A stretch of DNA of 64,000 nucleotides, from NCBI GenBank assembly GCA_046563655.1, contig CM102285.1, positions 620,001 through 684,000 of the forward strand, read 5' to 3'. Numbering within the stretch: position 1 is the first letter of the stretch; the number at the start of each line of letters is the position of its first letter. Under the pieces are notes generated by a model. That model made no database searches. It was given only the letters and a program-made list of their open reading frames with translations, and was not told the origin of the DNA. This stretch comes from Yuukianura sp. NJ FZ-2021 (Eukaryota). This document shows, piece after piece, positions 14,601-27,600 of the stretch. The position numbers and the translations under genes are program-made.

Positions 14601-17600
14601 TTCATGCGTAAAATTCCACCAGGCTCAGAAGCATCCAATATTTTAGTAGGCGAAGTAGATTTCCTGGAGAAGCCTCTGTCCGCCTTCATTCGCCTTTCCC
14701 AGGCAGTGCTCCTGGGTGACCTCACAGAAGTTCCCGTTCCAACCAGATTCGTATTTATCCTCCTCGGACCCATGGTAAGTCATATCAAAATTTCAAAATT
14801 TCGAAAATCTAAATCCTCAACTTGTGAAATTTTGAATTTTGTAGGGTGGGATTAGCCGTTACCATGAAGTGGGTCGAGCCATGGCCACGCTCATGTCAGA
14901 CGAGGTCTTCCATGACGTTGCTTACAAAGCTAAAAACCGCGGTCACTTATTGGCTGGAGTGGACGAGTTCCTGGATGCTGTAACCGTTTTACCCCCCGGA
15001 GAGTGGGATCCCAGCATTCGTATCGAACCGCCCGCAGCCATTCCGTCACAGGTATGACTGTTCAAGTGTCGGTCCCAGAAACGGAACGGAACTTAATTCC
15101 GGTGTCGTTTCGTTTTCACATTTTTTTGGAAACGAATTCTTCCTCAAGGAAACGGTTCCATTATGCGATGGAACTGCAAGCGAAACGGAACCGGAACTGG
15201 ATGTATTTAATTTAGAACAAAGTTTGATAATTTAAATGCCGACAATGGGCAAAAGGTGTATTTAGAAATTTGTTTCTTGCTCCGTTCCGTTTCGTTTCCG
15301 TTTTCCAATTTTTAAACTAGTTCCGTTCCATTTTCAAAAAAAAATCTGTTCCAGTTCCGTTTCTGTTCCTCGTAGAAACGGAAGGGAACGTGAACAGCCC
15401 TACTCACTTGTTCCCGTTAAAATTCAAAATTCGAAAACTTTTTTCAAAAAATTTCTCACTTTTCGTGTCATCTTTGTTTCAGGATCCCCGAAAACGGCCG
15501 GATCAGCAGAAAGAGGAATGTAACGAAGAGGAGAACGAAGAGAAGCTTCGGGAGGAATCGGGATTAACCCGAACCGGACGACTGTTTGGCGGGTTAATGA
15601 ACGACATTCGGAGGAAAACACCGTGGTACTGGTCGGATTTTCGGGATGCTCTGTCGGTCCAGTGTGTTGCCAGTTGGATTTTCCTGTACTTTGCCTGCCT
15701 AACGCCCATCATTACCTTTGGAGGACTCCTGGGCAAGGAGACACATCAGTACATGGCTGCCATTGAGTCACTCGTGTCCGGTTTTGTCTGCGGAGTTGTA
15801 TATGGATTGTTCTCCGGTCAACCACTCACTATTCTCGGATCTACTGGGCCAGTACTCGTTTTCGAAAAAATTATGGTCGGATTCTGCGAGTAAGTGGAAA
15901 AAAAACTTATGAAAAGTTGAAAAACTTTGAAAAACTTGCAATTTTGAAGTTTCTGGATTTTCATAATTTTGACATTTTGAATTTTAGCGCTAACGAACTC
16001 AACTACTTGGAGTTTCGACTGTGGATTGGTTTATGGATTGGACTGATTTTGATTCTGCTGGTTGCATTTGACGCGAGTGCGTTTGTGTGTTACATTACGC
16101 GATTCACTGAAGAGAATTTTGCAACACTCATTGCATTCATCTTTATGTATGAGGTAAGCAACTTTTTTTTGAAAAACTTATTTATTTTTGGTTTTTGAAA
16201 ATATTTTTGAGAAATCGTATTTTCATAATACAAGTTTTTTTTAAGTAATTGAGTTAATGGTAGTCGTGATTTCTGGAAATTGGTTAGAAACAGGTTTTTA
16301 GAAGAATCGTGACACAATTGATTGCGTTGTTGTCGTACCGTGTCGACGTTAGACGGAATTTTGTAGTACCGGTTTGAAATTGGACGGAATTTTGTCGATT
16401 GTATGACTGTGTCGTACCGGTTTGAAGGTTTCGGTTTTTATTTGACCAAAACGTGAAACGGACTTCCGTCGATATCTACTCCCTGCATGGTGATGCGTAG
16501 GATGTACCGTCCGGGGCGGTCAACTCGGTACGATACGCCGATCGTTCCGTTCCCAAAGTTTTTGGTGTTGACCTCTGACTGACCTGGGCCTTCGATTGAC
16601 ACGTCCATATGCAGACACACGCTTCGCTCGTCGGCCGGATTCTCGATGAACAATTTGAAATTGTTTTGGGCTTCTGCGGATTCAAATGAAAATAAAAAAA
16701 TTTTTTTTCCATTTTTATCAAAATTGCGTATTTCCAAAAAAAAAATCTTTTTTTTTAAATTTTACTTGCGATGCCTTCCTTAAGGGCTCGTCCAGTTGCA
16801 GCGATCATTTTCTTAGGATATGCAGATTTTCAAACTAAAATATAGGAATTCAAAATTTGTAATTTGTTTTTTGAAATTTCTGGCCAAAATTTTGAAAGTT
16901 GAGTTCTGGACAGTCAAAGTCGTACTAACTCGTGATACTTGACATTGACAAGATTATATGTTGTGAGCAGAATAATAATTATGAAATGCCATGAATCAAA
17001 TTCAAAGATGAAAGCTCCCGCCTCTTCTCCTTGGGTTTCAAATAATGAATTATGGAGAAGATGGGCGTGGGAGTTCCAAAGTTAGTAGCAAACACGGTCC
17101 ATGCAAAACAATGCGAAATCTGAAGTTGAGAGCTGCAAAAAAAATGTTTGCAAAAAATTGATTTTGCTAATTTAAAACTTATAATCTTCTCTCCAGCATT
17201 TCCGCCTACACTTATAAAATCTAACTGCCTATTTTCTATTCCTAACTGCGTCGAACTTTTAGAACTTTTTTTTTATGATTTTGAACTTTTTTGATTTTGT
17301 GATTACTCCCGTCTCATCACGTTGGAAAGATAATGATGAAACTGAAATTTTAAACGCCTTCTGTCGGTCTCCTGTCCAATTAAAACAGTGACCTCGAACT
17401 TTTGACACAAAAGTGCTGACTAATAGACTAAATTTGACATGTTCTTGTACCTAGTAAAAAGACAGAGTTGCGGGGTGCCAAGGTGAGGAAATCCTCAAAA
17501 TCCAAGCCCTCACTCCTCAAATTCCAAAATTCAATTTCAAATTTGAACAATCATGTTTTCTATTGAACTGGATTCTTAACTATCCTTGGCAGATTTTTTC

Positions 17601-20600
17601 TGAAGTCTTTTGGATTTTTTTTTTTGCTTAAGGAAGACTAGATTTTGAGGACTTAAGTTTTTAGTACAGTTAGTTGGCTGTACTGAATTTAAAAAAAATT
17701 TTAAATTCAAAATTTAAGAAATTGATTTTCTGAGTATTTGTGGTAGTTTGAGATTTTAGGTTGAGGATTTTTGATTTTGAGTTCTTTTATATAGTATTTG
17801 AGGATTTCTTAACTTTGGATGAGTGTTGAGGATATCCTCTTTTAGATAGTGCCGATACCTATGACATAATTATATGACTTGAACAATGTTTGTTTTGTGT
17901 TGTAGGCTGTGAAGAACGTGTTGGGAATCCAGAAGAAATATCCAATGTACCCGGATCCAAGTACTCCTCAAAACCTCAACTGTTTCTGCATGGCAACGGA
18001 GAATACGACTGGATTCGGAGGCGGGAACTTTACTCTATTTGCACCAGAAGACAAGTTTTTAAGGACAGTCTCCTTCAGCCAATGTGTCAGCGTAAGGAGT
18101 CAATGACCTTGACCTCGTGACCTTGACCTTTGGGCAGAAAATGAGTCATGAAATTCCATTTGTTGATTTTTAGGTTTACAATGGAACTCTGGTTGGCGAG
18201 GGATGTAACCACTACCCCGACGTTTTCCTCATGTCGCTCCTCCTCTTTGTAGGAACTTTCCTCATCTCCGTTACTCTCAAGGACTTTAAGAACTCGGCAT
18301 TCTTCCCTACTAGTGTAAGCCTTGGAAATTTTATCAAGTTTTACAAAATTTTGAAAAATCATGATTTTGTTTTTGTTTTTCAGTTTCGTGGAATGATTAG
18401 TGATTTTGCGGTGATTATTGCCATTGTGAGCATGTCCTGTTTTGACCTATTCATGGGACTTGCTACTCCAAAATTGATCGGTGAGTTGGAGCTAACAAAG
18501 TTTAAAAAAAAAGTCGCACTTTTTTTTTTTAAAAGAATATTTTTTGAAACTTTTCAAATTTTTGAAATTTCAGTACCTGAAAAATTTGAGCCAACGAGGA
18601 AGGATGACCGTGGTTGGATAATTGACCCCTTCGGAAATAATCCGCCGTGGTCCATTTTTGCAGCGATTCTTCCAGCCCTCTTGGCAACTATCCTCATCTT
18701 CATGGATCAGCAAATCACTGCAGTCATTATTAACCGGAAGGAACATAAACTTAAGGCAAGTTAACTTAACTAATGTAATCTAGCATAAACTGACTTGATT
18801 AACCTCAAACTCAAAGTTAAGTTGAATTTGATTGTTTTTTGTGGGAATTTGCAGAAAGGCTGTGGCTATCACCTTGACTTGTTTGTGTTGGCTATTCTGG
18901 TCATGGCCTGTTCCATCCTGGGCATCCCTTGGTTCGTTGCTGCCACTGTTTTGTCCATGAATCACGTCAATTCTCTCAAAATGGAGTCGGAGTGCGCAGC
19001 TCCTGGAGAAAAACCACAGTTTCTGGGCGTGCGTGAACAAAGAGCAACGCACATCCTCATTTTCGTGCTCATCGGATTGTCCGTCACCCTAACCTCCGTT
19101 CTCAAACATATTCCAATGCCAGTACTGTTTGGTAAGTTTATGAGCATTTGATAGCATGTTATTATGTTTTACATAAATTATGTACGTACATGATTTTATG
19201 TAAAGGCATTACTTACATGATTACAGGAGTCTTCCTGTACATGGGTTTTGCATCTCTGAAGGGCATGCAATTCTTTGACCGTCTCCTCATCATGCTCATG
19301 CCCACAAAGTATCAGCCAGATTACATGTTTCTACGACAGGTACTACTTTTCAAAAAAAAAGTTTCAACTTTTTCGAAAAAACTTTTTTTGAAATCTGTTT
19401 TTTTTTTAACTTTTTATGACTTTGTATTAGGTACCGATTCTAAGAGTTCACCTTTTCACGATGATTCAACTGGCTTGTCTCGTCATGCTCTGGCTCATCA
19501 AATCGTTTCAAACTACCTCCATTCTCTTCCCTGTCATGGTCAGTTATCAATTTTCAAAATTTCAGAATTTTGTAAAGTTCGAGTTGAAATTTTTAGTTTT
19601 CCGAAATTTGTAGCTGGTCGTGATGATTGTGGTTCGAAAACTGCTGGACTACGTTTTTACGCAAAGGGAATTGAAGATTTTAGATGACATTATGCCAGAG
19701 GGCACCAAACGACGGGACGAGGAAGAGCGGATGATGAAAGAAGAAGAATTTGAAGTTGAGGTAACACATTTTCAAAAAAGAAAATTTTGAAATCGAAGTT
19801 CGTAATTTTACTGAATTTTTGAAACATGATAGGCCATCAAACGGTTTTCGGGTGACGGGGGAGAACCAGGGGTGAGTTGCGGTTTAGATTCAGCTCAGAC
19901 TGATTTTTTTTTTTCAAAATTTTGAAAATTCAGCACAGACTGACTTTTTTTTCAAAATTTCTAAATTTTTATAGAGGTTGGCAATTGGAGAATCGGGTAA
20001 CTTGCAGATTCCTTTGGCAAATGGCAATGTCATGAAGATTCCACTCAGTTCGGTCAACATAACTGAAGAAGTGAACAAAACTGGACTTTGGAAACAAGTT
20101 AACATGAACAATTCTAAAGAAGAGAAGTCACCTACAAAGGAAAAACTATCCATTGTAGACAAATTGTGAGTGAAATTTTGAAAAACTTGACATTTTTTGA
20201 TAAAATAGTTCCTGAATTTTGAAATTTTGGATTTTAGAAAAGACAAAGGAGCTAGAAAACGTGGAAGTAAGAAGGACGCTTTGAGTGACGAGGAGAGACG
20301 TCGTCTGTCGACTATGAACGAAGAAGAAGAGGAAGATGGAATCACCATCAAGGTACATCCAGCTACCTAAAAATCTCGTGTGCTCCCTTCCATCACTGTT
20401 TTTTGAATTTCAAATTTGAGTTTTCCCGCTCAACTTTTAATTTTCCCGCTCAAATTTGAGTTTTCCCGCTAATTGCATCTTCACTGGCTCTAATTTTATG
20501 TTCTCCAGGTTTTTTTTTGTATTCAGTTCTTACCCCTCCCCCAGAAACTTTGTTTTTGTGCTTCTTTTAACTTGATTTGTTATTACATTTTATTCAACTT

Positions 20601-22068
20601 TTAGTTTTATTATTATATTGTTTTATCATTATTATTATATTATTTAGGCTTTTTAGGCTTCTTTAATTTTCTGTGTTTCCGCCAACTTATTATATGTACT
20701 TCATCCCAGTACTTTTAGACATTTATAGTAATGTCACAGTTGTTTTTTTTTCTTCTGTTATTCTGTTATAGTACTTATAGTCTTCATGGTTTTAGACTTT
20801 AGTTTTAGACTTTACGGTTCTATAGTCAGTTTAATACAAGAGTGTGTTTGCACAGGAAACTACTTTAGGATTGTTAGGTTTCACTTTCAAGATTAGGTTG
20901 TAGAATACGTTTTTTTTAATGAGCCTGGAAAATTTTGGGTATTCATTTATGATTTTCTGCAGGAAACTTTTTTTTCAAAATTTTGTGGCTTTTTGGGAGC
21001 TAAAGCCACAAGTTTATTGGAGTCCATGAAATTAGAGCTATACGCCAGGAAATAGGGTAGTTTACTTTTTTTTTTTCCTTTAGGTTGTTTTCGTTTACCT
21101 AAACTTTTTGTGATGTAAAATGTACTTAAAGCTCCTATCAGTGAAATTAAAGTGTCAACATTAGTGTTATCCATCCATTTTCAAAATACAATTTCAAAAA
21201 TCAAGTTTTTGATTTCAGTTTCATTTTACTTGAAAGTATTTCCTGAGAATGAGCGCCGCACATGCGCATGAAACCTTTTTTTTACTTTTGTTTTTACAGA
21301 CACCAAAAACTGTCCAAATTTTCACCACCACGTTCAAAAACTATTAAACAATTAAAAAGAAATTTTCAAGTTCTTCGAAATTTCTCTTTCTCTCTATCTC
21401 TCTCTTTCTGTCATTTTTCGTTGCTTTCTGGTCTGTGAAAAATATATATTATTGAAATAATATATTAAAATAATATACTTTAAAATATAAAAAAATGAAG
21501 GAAATGTTATGTTAATGACTGCTTACTATGTTACAATCATCCCTTGTTACTTGATGTGTGTTGTGTAGGAGGATCATGCGCAGGAGAGCGGAAAAGTGAC
21601 GCAGTGAGCAAGAGTGACCCCGTAACGACAGCATTTTAAGGTAGTTGACCCTTGACCCACTTTTTATCAACCAATCAGATTACGATTTCAAAATGACGCT
21701 ACCAAAGTCAAAATTTTGAAAAAATTTTGAGAGCGACAGTTTATGGTGTCTTTGACATTTGACATGTTTTTGATTCATTTCCAGTCCTGTGAGGTTTAGA
21801 AGTTAACAAGAAAACTAAAGTGCGCATGAATGCTTTCGAAAGTTAGAAATTTAGTTTTGAAACGATTTTTCTAAAAGGGTTTTATATTTTGAGCAGTTTA
21901 CTAATAGAACCACTCCACCCAATTTTGATTTTGAGTTTCATTTTTTAGGTGACGGGATTCTTTGAATTTTTGAAAATTTGAAAACCGTTTGTGTCGTCCT
22001 TGTCTTTTCTCCTTTAGGTACTAGCTCCTGGCTACCGTTCCAAAAACAAGTCGGAGACTCCCGTGTAG
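5657..22068 (+). CDS. Ndae1: SLC4-family Na+-coupled bicarbonate transporter / Na+-driven anion exchanger (NDAE1, SLC4A7/8/10-like), multi-exon
   Basis: Spliced exons read by eye: 5647-5744, 5949-6095, 11869-12007, 12077-12435, 13135-13248, 13889-14022, 14589-14774, 14845-15051, 15483-15889, 15988-16153, 17906-18091, 18174-18314, 18384-18480, 18574-18755, 18855-19131, 19227-19339, 19431-19538, 19614-19760, 19833-19871, 19975-20165, 20238-20352, 22018-22068. SLC4 motifs: [105 protein letters not shown]. The true start and last exon are uncertain. Confidence 0.95.
5798..5879 (+). mobile_element. tRNA-derived short element (SINE-like or tRNA pseudogene) in an SLC4 intron
   Basis: A-box-like TAGCTTAGGGG, B-box GGTTCGAATCCC, then a T9 run. 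No intact acceptor stem is evident. A related copy lies at 58542-58625. Confidence 0.7.
14335..14430. repeat. 33-bp tandem repeat (~3 copies) within a TAATT-rich intron
   Basis: Unit gctggaattgtatttcgcaattgcaattacatg is repeated; the minus-strand ORF shows the matching period [11 protein letters not shown]. Confidence 0.85.
15054..15402. mobile_element. Degenerate MITE-like element with aacgg/ccgtt sub-repeats
   Basis: Left end tatgactgttca roughly inverts the right end tgaacagcccta. The interior is rich in gaacggaac / ttccgtt motifs in both orientations. Confidence 0.45.
16438..16808 (-). CDS. Single filamin (ABP280 Ig-like) repeat protein, 92 aa, nested antisense in an SLC4 intron
   Basis: Exon 1 16808-16766 ([14 protein letters not shown]), GT-AG intron, exon 2 16673-16438 ([12 protein letters not shown]...[54 protein letters not shown]). 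Matches filamin-repeat hallmarks (A-x-G-x-x-L, V-x-I-x-GP, G-T-x-x-V-x-Y, PG-x-Y, I-x-GSPF-x-V). Confidence 0.8.
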
Positions 22069-24665
22069 TCGGAAGTCAAAAATTTACTTCCCGCTTCGCC
22101 AAAATTCAAAAGTTTCAGAAAAAACTAAAGAGGTCAAAGGTCACACACTGCACTGCATTGGAGCAGGCTCCTGCACGCACTCTAGTCATTGCTAACGCCT
22201 AAACTTATGGAAGAAGCTGAAGCTGAGTGATGCGTCAAAGTTACGTCATACGTCATACGTCTGCGTCAGAAAACGTCAACGTCACATGGTCTTCTGTACC
22301 TGCGTCGTACTTTCTGTGGAGCCAGAACGCTGCAAACTCTTTTCCAACTCTAATCTTGTTCAGTACTTAATTGACAATAGAATTAAATTAGGAATTTAAA
22401 TATTTAGTTTTGCTGTTTAATGTTAATCAATTTTAACTCCGCCTCCAAAATTTCAAATTTGGTAGGAAAAACAAGCGTTGTCAAATCGGGCGAAGCTTTG
22501 TGAATTTTGACTCCTACTGACCTACGAAAAAAAAATTCTTTGAAGAAAAATGAAGTTTCAGCGCGGGAAATTTGAAAATTGAAGCTGGATTTCTGATCTC
22601 GGAAATTTTAGTGTGAAAGCCTAACGTTTGTTCCTGTTAAAAAATTGTTAACATTTAAATTTTAGCTTCAAAATTTCTGGCGTTAACTTTAAATTTGCAT
22701 TTACCGCGCTACTTTTCTGCGACTAAAAAGTTTAGTTTAAGATTATATGCTGACCTTAGCTTATTTATGTACAGAACAGACTGAACTGTTGACTCATGCG
22801 CAGAAGGGTAGCAAAATGTCTTAATTCATAGTTAAACTAATTAAACTAACCTTGATTCGATTAATTAGCAGTTAACTTTAAATTAAGTTAACTTTGATTA
22901 GGCTAATTAACTTTAAAGTTAGGCTAGGCTAAGTACAAAATTAATTTATTTTGGACGACTTGAGTAAGCAAGCTTTGCTTTTCGTTTTTGGTTTAAAAAG
23001 TACTATTTACTCCTTCTACTCCTCAGTGTATTTCCAAAAAATGTTGTACTTGTTCAAAATGTTCAAAATTTTGAACATTTGAATTTTGAACAAAAGTGTA
23101 AGTCCAAATTGTTGAACTAAAAACGAAGAAAGTCTCTACCTTACTCCATTTTGTTAAGTGGAGCGTAAAGGTCAAGGGGCGACACAGGCGAAATCGGGTT
23201 CACTTTGTAGTTGTACTAATTGTTGCTATTATGAGTAATGTGTAGTAAGGAATTAGGTCAAAAGGTCAAAATTTTGAAAAAGTCAAAAAGTCAAAATTTT
23301 GAAAAAGGCCGAAAAGTCAAAATTTTGAGAAAAAGTCGAAAAGGCAAGAAGACTAAAACTATGAGAAATTGTGTGATATAAGCCAATATGTCAAAATTCA
23401 AAAGTTTGTTTAAAAAGGTTTTAAATTTAAACTGGCCCGCCGCGCCCAGGGAAACTTCTTCGGCAAACAAAAAAGATGAAGGATGACTGAAATACAACAA
23501 TGTCTTCGGAAGAAAAAAATAGTTACAAATAAACGCGTCAACGTCTACGCATTAGACGTGAAATTAAAAAAAAAATCAGGTTTTTATAAAAATTTATGCA
23601 ATTTCAAAAATTTTGTCTTTTTTCCTTACAAAAGCTCAATTCCAAACGACAAAAAACTTACGCACTTTGAAAACTAAAATTTTTCGCTTTCTCTTTGTTT
23701 TTAAATAAGGAATCATTTTTCAGAGTTTAAGTCTAATTTTTTGGTCATTAGAGTTTAAAAACTGCAATTTTTTGAAGAAACGAAATGGAAACAGTTTGTG
23801 CACCAATTTTTACTGTTTTGAAAAAAAAAATTCCTGTTTGTCTCTTTTTGAAAACTGAAAAAGTTGAACCAGGGCTGAGTTGATAATGATTGTGAAAAAG
23901 ACGTCGTCGCAGATGTGACCTTTTTTTGGCACTCTACCCGAATTCGGGCATTTTCATCTTCCGCCTTGTTTCTGTACTTGTGCATAGGAAAAGCAATGCG
24001 GACGGATTTCCGTTGTGCCTCTCGCCTCGGCATTCCGAAAATGCATCCTCCCAAAACCAAAAAACTAAAAATGTACATTGTGGTTCAAAAGTTTGGTTCA
24101 AAAATTCAAAAGTCCCGAACACAACTTGCTACTTCTACAAAAATCTCAGATGGGGTAAGATGAGAAATCTTAAAAACCCGAAACTTTGTTATCTGAAACA
24201 GTGTTTTTTTTCCGCTTTCGTGAAACTTGTGAACCACGCTGTACTTTTTCGGGGATTTGTGTCCTGCCAAAGGGAAGAGTAATTGAGCTTTTCTTTCTTG
24301 TGCTGTTGAAGCGCGAGACTGAGAATTTGGCAATAGGCCATCTCCATCTGTACAGTTTTTGGGTGTGGAAAAAAAGAAGAAGGTGATGGCCCTAGACCCC
24401 GCGACTCCATCGATTTTACTCTCCCGGGAACGTGGACCTGCGCCACTTCGCTCAAATCCCAAAAACAACTTTCTCCTGCCGCCGCTCTTCACGGAGAGGT
24501 TCCCTCCCAAAGAAAATCGGACCAACTTCTCCAGAATGGACTCCGCTCTGACTCGCCTAATAAGTCATTACCACCCTTCCACCACATTCGGACTCCATGT
24601 GAACTTGTAACTCCAAAGTTCAGTGACCTCTGACCCTGAAAGTTCTGTGACCTCTGACCCCAAAC

Positions 24666-27600
24666 ATGTCAGCAACACAAGTCTTCGTGTTCCTGCTACT
24701 CATCCAACTCTCCACATCTGACCTCCCAGACAGGGGGATTTCTCGACAGCAGTAAGTTCAGAAAAATTTATTTGACTTGGAGGGAGTAACTATGTTCATC
24801 TAACATCATTTGACTTGGAGGGAGTAACTATGTTGACGCAATTTGATTTCACTGGGAAGGAGTAACTATGCTCATCTAACGTGATTTGACTTGGAGGGAG
24901 TAACTATGTTGACGCAATTTGATTTGACTTGGAGGGAGTAACTATGTTGACGCAATTTGATTTGACTCGGAAGGAGTAACTATCTTAGCATAACTTGGTT
25001 TGACTGGAGGGAGTAACTATTTTAGCTTGTTTTGACCCAAGGTTTTGACATCCAAATTGAACTTTCTTTAACACGTCAGGTAACAACTAAAGTTTTCGAA
25101 AATCAAAAAAAAAATTCTACCTTTTTTGTTTTTTTTTCTCAGTTTCTACTTCGAATTTGTCAGTTCATAAGCCCTTCTCTCTGAATTTTTTAATTTTATT
25201 ATTTTAATTTCAAGAAGAAGTATATTTTTGTTTACCAACCTTGGACTAACCATTTTGACTTAAGGGAGTAACTATTTTAGTTCGAATTGTTTTTACTTTG
25301 TAATTATTAATTATCTGAGTCTAACTTGTTCTACGTTAGTTATTGATGTAATCGATAAGCCTAACCACAGTGTAATCTGATCATAACTTTTTTTCACACC
25401 TAGGTTGGAGAACTGGGCCTCTAAGTTTGGTGGTCCACTGGCCGAGTTTGCCCGTTCTGTGACCAAGTACAATGAACTACATTTGGTAAGCAGTTTTCTA
25501 TATCTTACAGTAGTGCGGAAAATTTTAAAAAACAAGACAATTCAAAAAAAAAAAGTTGAAGATTTTTGAAACATATTTTTTTAACTTGTTCTACACAGAG
25601 ATTTCAGCAAAGTCGAGATTCCGACGTGACTCGTCTCAATCCCCAAACTATTCTGGAGTCCATAAAATCCAATATCGAGGAGCATTTCAAGGAACGCACG
25701 GCAGCACTTTATGTAAACCAAAACCAATTTCTAAAAAATTCACTTTTGAAAAAATTTTGTATTTTGAATTTTTTTTAAATGTTTAGAAATTGCAAGTGGC
25801 TATTGAAGAAAGGGCGTTGAGCTACAATTCAAAAGGCGGAAACAACGTTCCGATTCCCGCTGAAATCTTGAACTACTTTTCAGCCAAACGAATTAACAAG
25901 CCTCCTTTAGAAGAAGAAGAAGACGATCCATGGCCATATCGCACTCAACTGGACATGCGCAACTCATCTCACTTCAACGCACCAGTCAACTTCACTTCTT
26001 CTACAGTCCATGTCCCAACGTCAATCTACGAAAGAGGTCAGAGATCACATTTTTCAGAAAGAAAATGAATTTTTCAAAATTCTCAAAATTTCCTGCTCTT
26101 TTTCAGGAAAAAACGTTATCCAAGGAATCGAGTGGTCTGCCGAACTAGATGAAATTTTTATCTCCAACTTAAAAGATCATCCTACTCTAAACTGGCAGTA
26201 CTTTGGGTCTGCCACTGGCTTTCTCCGCCAGTATCCAGGAATGGAGTGGAAGAAGGACAACAGAGAAACAGGACAGGCAGACTTGTTCGACGCACGCATG
26301 CGTCCTTGGTACACGGCGGCTGCAAACAGCCCAAAGAACATCGTCATACTCCAAGATGTGAGTGGGTCAATGACCGGAAGACGCAGGGAGATTGCGCGAC
26401 ATGTCGTTTATACAATTCTGGACACACTCACGGACAACGACTATGTCAATGTCTTCAATTTCTCGAATAATACGACTCCGATTGTTCCTTGCTTCCATAA
26501 CAAGCTCGTTGAGGTAAGAGGTCATTGACATTTACTCATACTTGACATTTGATATTAATAAATCAACATAATTTTGGCATTGCAGGCGAGTTTGGAAAAT
26601 ATTCGAGAATTTAAAGTGGCCTTAGATCAAGATACGACGCACCAAATGGCGAATCAGTAAGCACGACATTTGCTAAGCAGCAATTTCCTCAACAACATTT
26701 GCCAAATAGGAATTTCCTCGACGACATTTTCTAGACGTCAATTGCTTTACGAAAAAACAGTTGAACAGTGTGGCTTTCTTCAAAACCAAAAAAAAATTGC
26801 AGGAATTGTAAAAGTTTTTGTAAAATGTTTTAATTTATACCTTTTGAATTTCAGTGAACACGCGCTACAAACTGCCTTTGAATTGCTGAACTCTGTAAGT
26901 TTTTTTTTAATAAAAATTTCGAAATTGTGCTCCCTAAACTTGAAATTTTGAAATTTTTGAAAATTTAATTCCAACTGTTTAGAAGTTGAATGACACGGAC
27001 AGTTCTGGTTGCAATCAAGCGATTATGCTAATCACTGATGGTTCTCCGTATTACTACGAAACGTTGATTGGAAATTTGCAAAACCGCGAACATCCTGTAC
27101 GGATTTTTACGTACCTCATCGGAAAAGAAGTCACGGATTTTAGAGAAGTACGGTGGATGGCTTGTAACAACAATGGTACGACAAATTTTGGAAAAAAAAA
27201 ATGACAGAATTTTGAAATTTTGAAATTGATTTTTCGAATTTTGAAATTTCAGGTTACTTTGTACATGTTTCTACATTGGGCGAAGTGCAAGAACAAGTTT
27301 TGAAATATCTGCCTATCATGTCTCGACCAATGGTAATTGTTGGGAAGCATGACGTCACGTGGACTCCCGTTTATGCCAACTTTGTTGTAAGTTTTTTCAA
27401 AATTTCGAACAATTTTTCAAAAAATGAGTTACAAATTCTTAGTTTTTAGCAAAAGTTTTTTTGTTTTGTCTTTAGAAAAGTTGTCTCTATAACCTTGTCT
27501 TTTATTTAGAAAATTATTGGATTTTTGAGAGCCTCTTTTAATGTAGGAAGTGACGAGTCCAACTCGCTCCTTTTGGTTAATCAGACGTAGTTTGGATGAG

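Noticed and set aside
24771-25022. CRISPR-like repeat/spacer appearance
   Set aside because: The 'spacers' are only ~12 nt and themselves repeat, there are no cas genes, and the array lies in a eukaryotic intron; it is a minisatellite.
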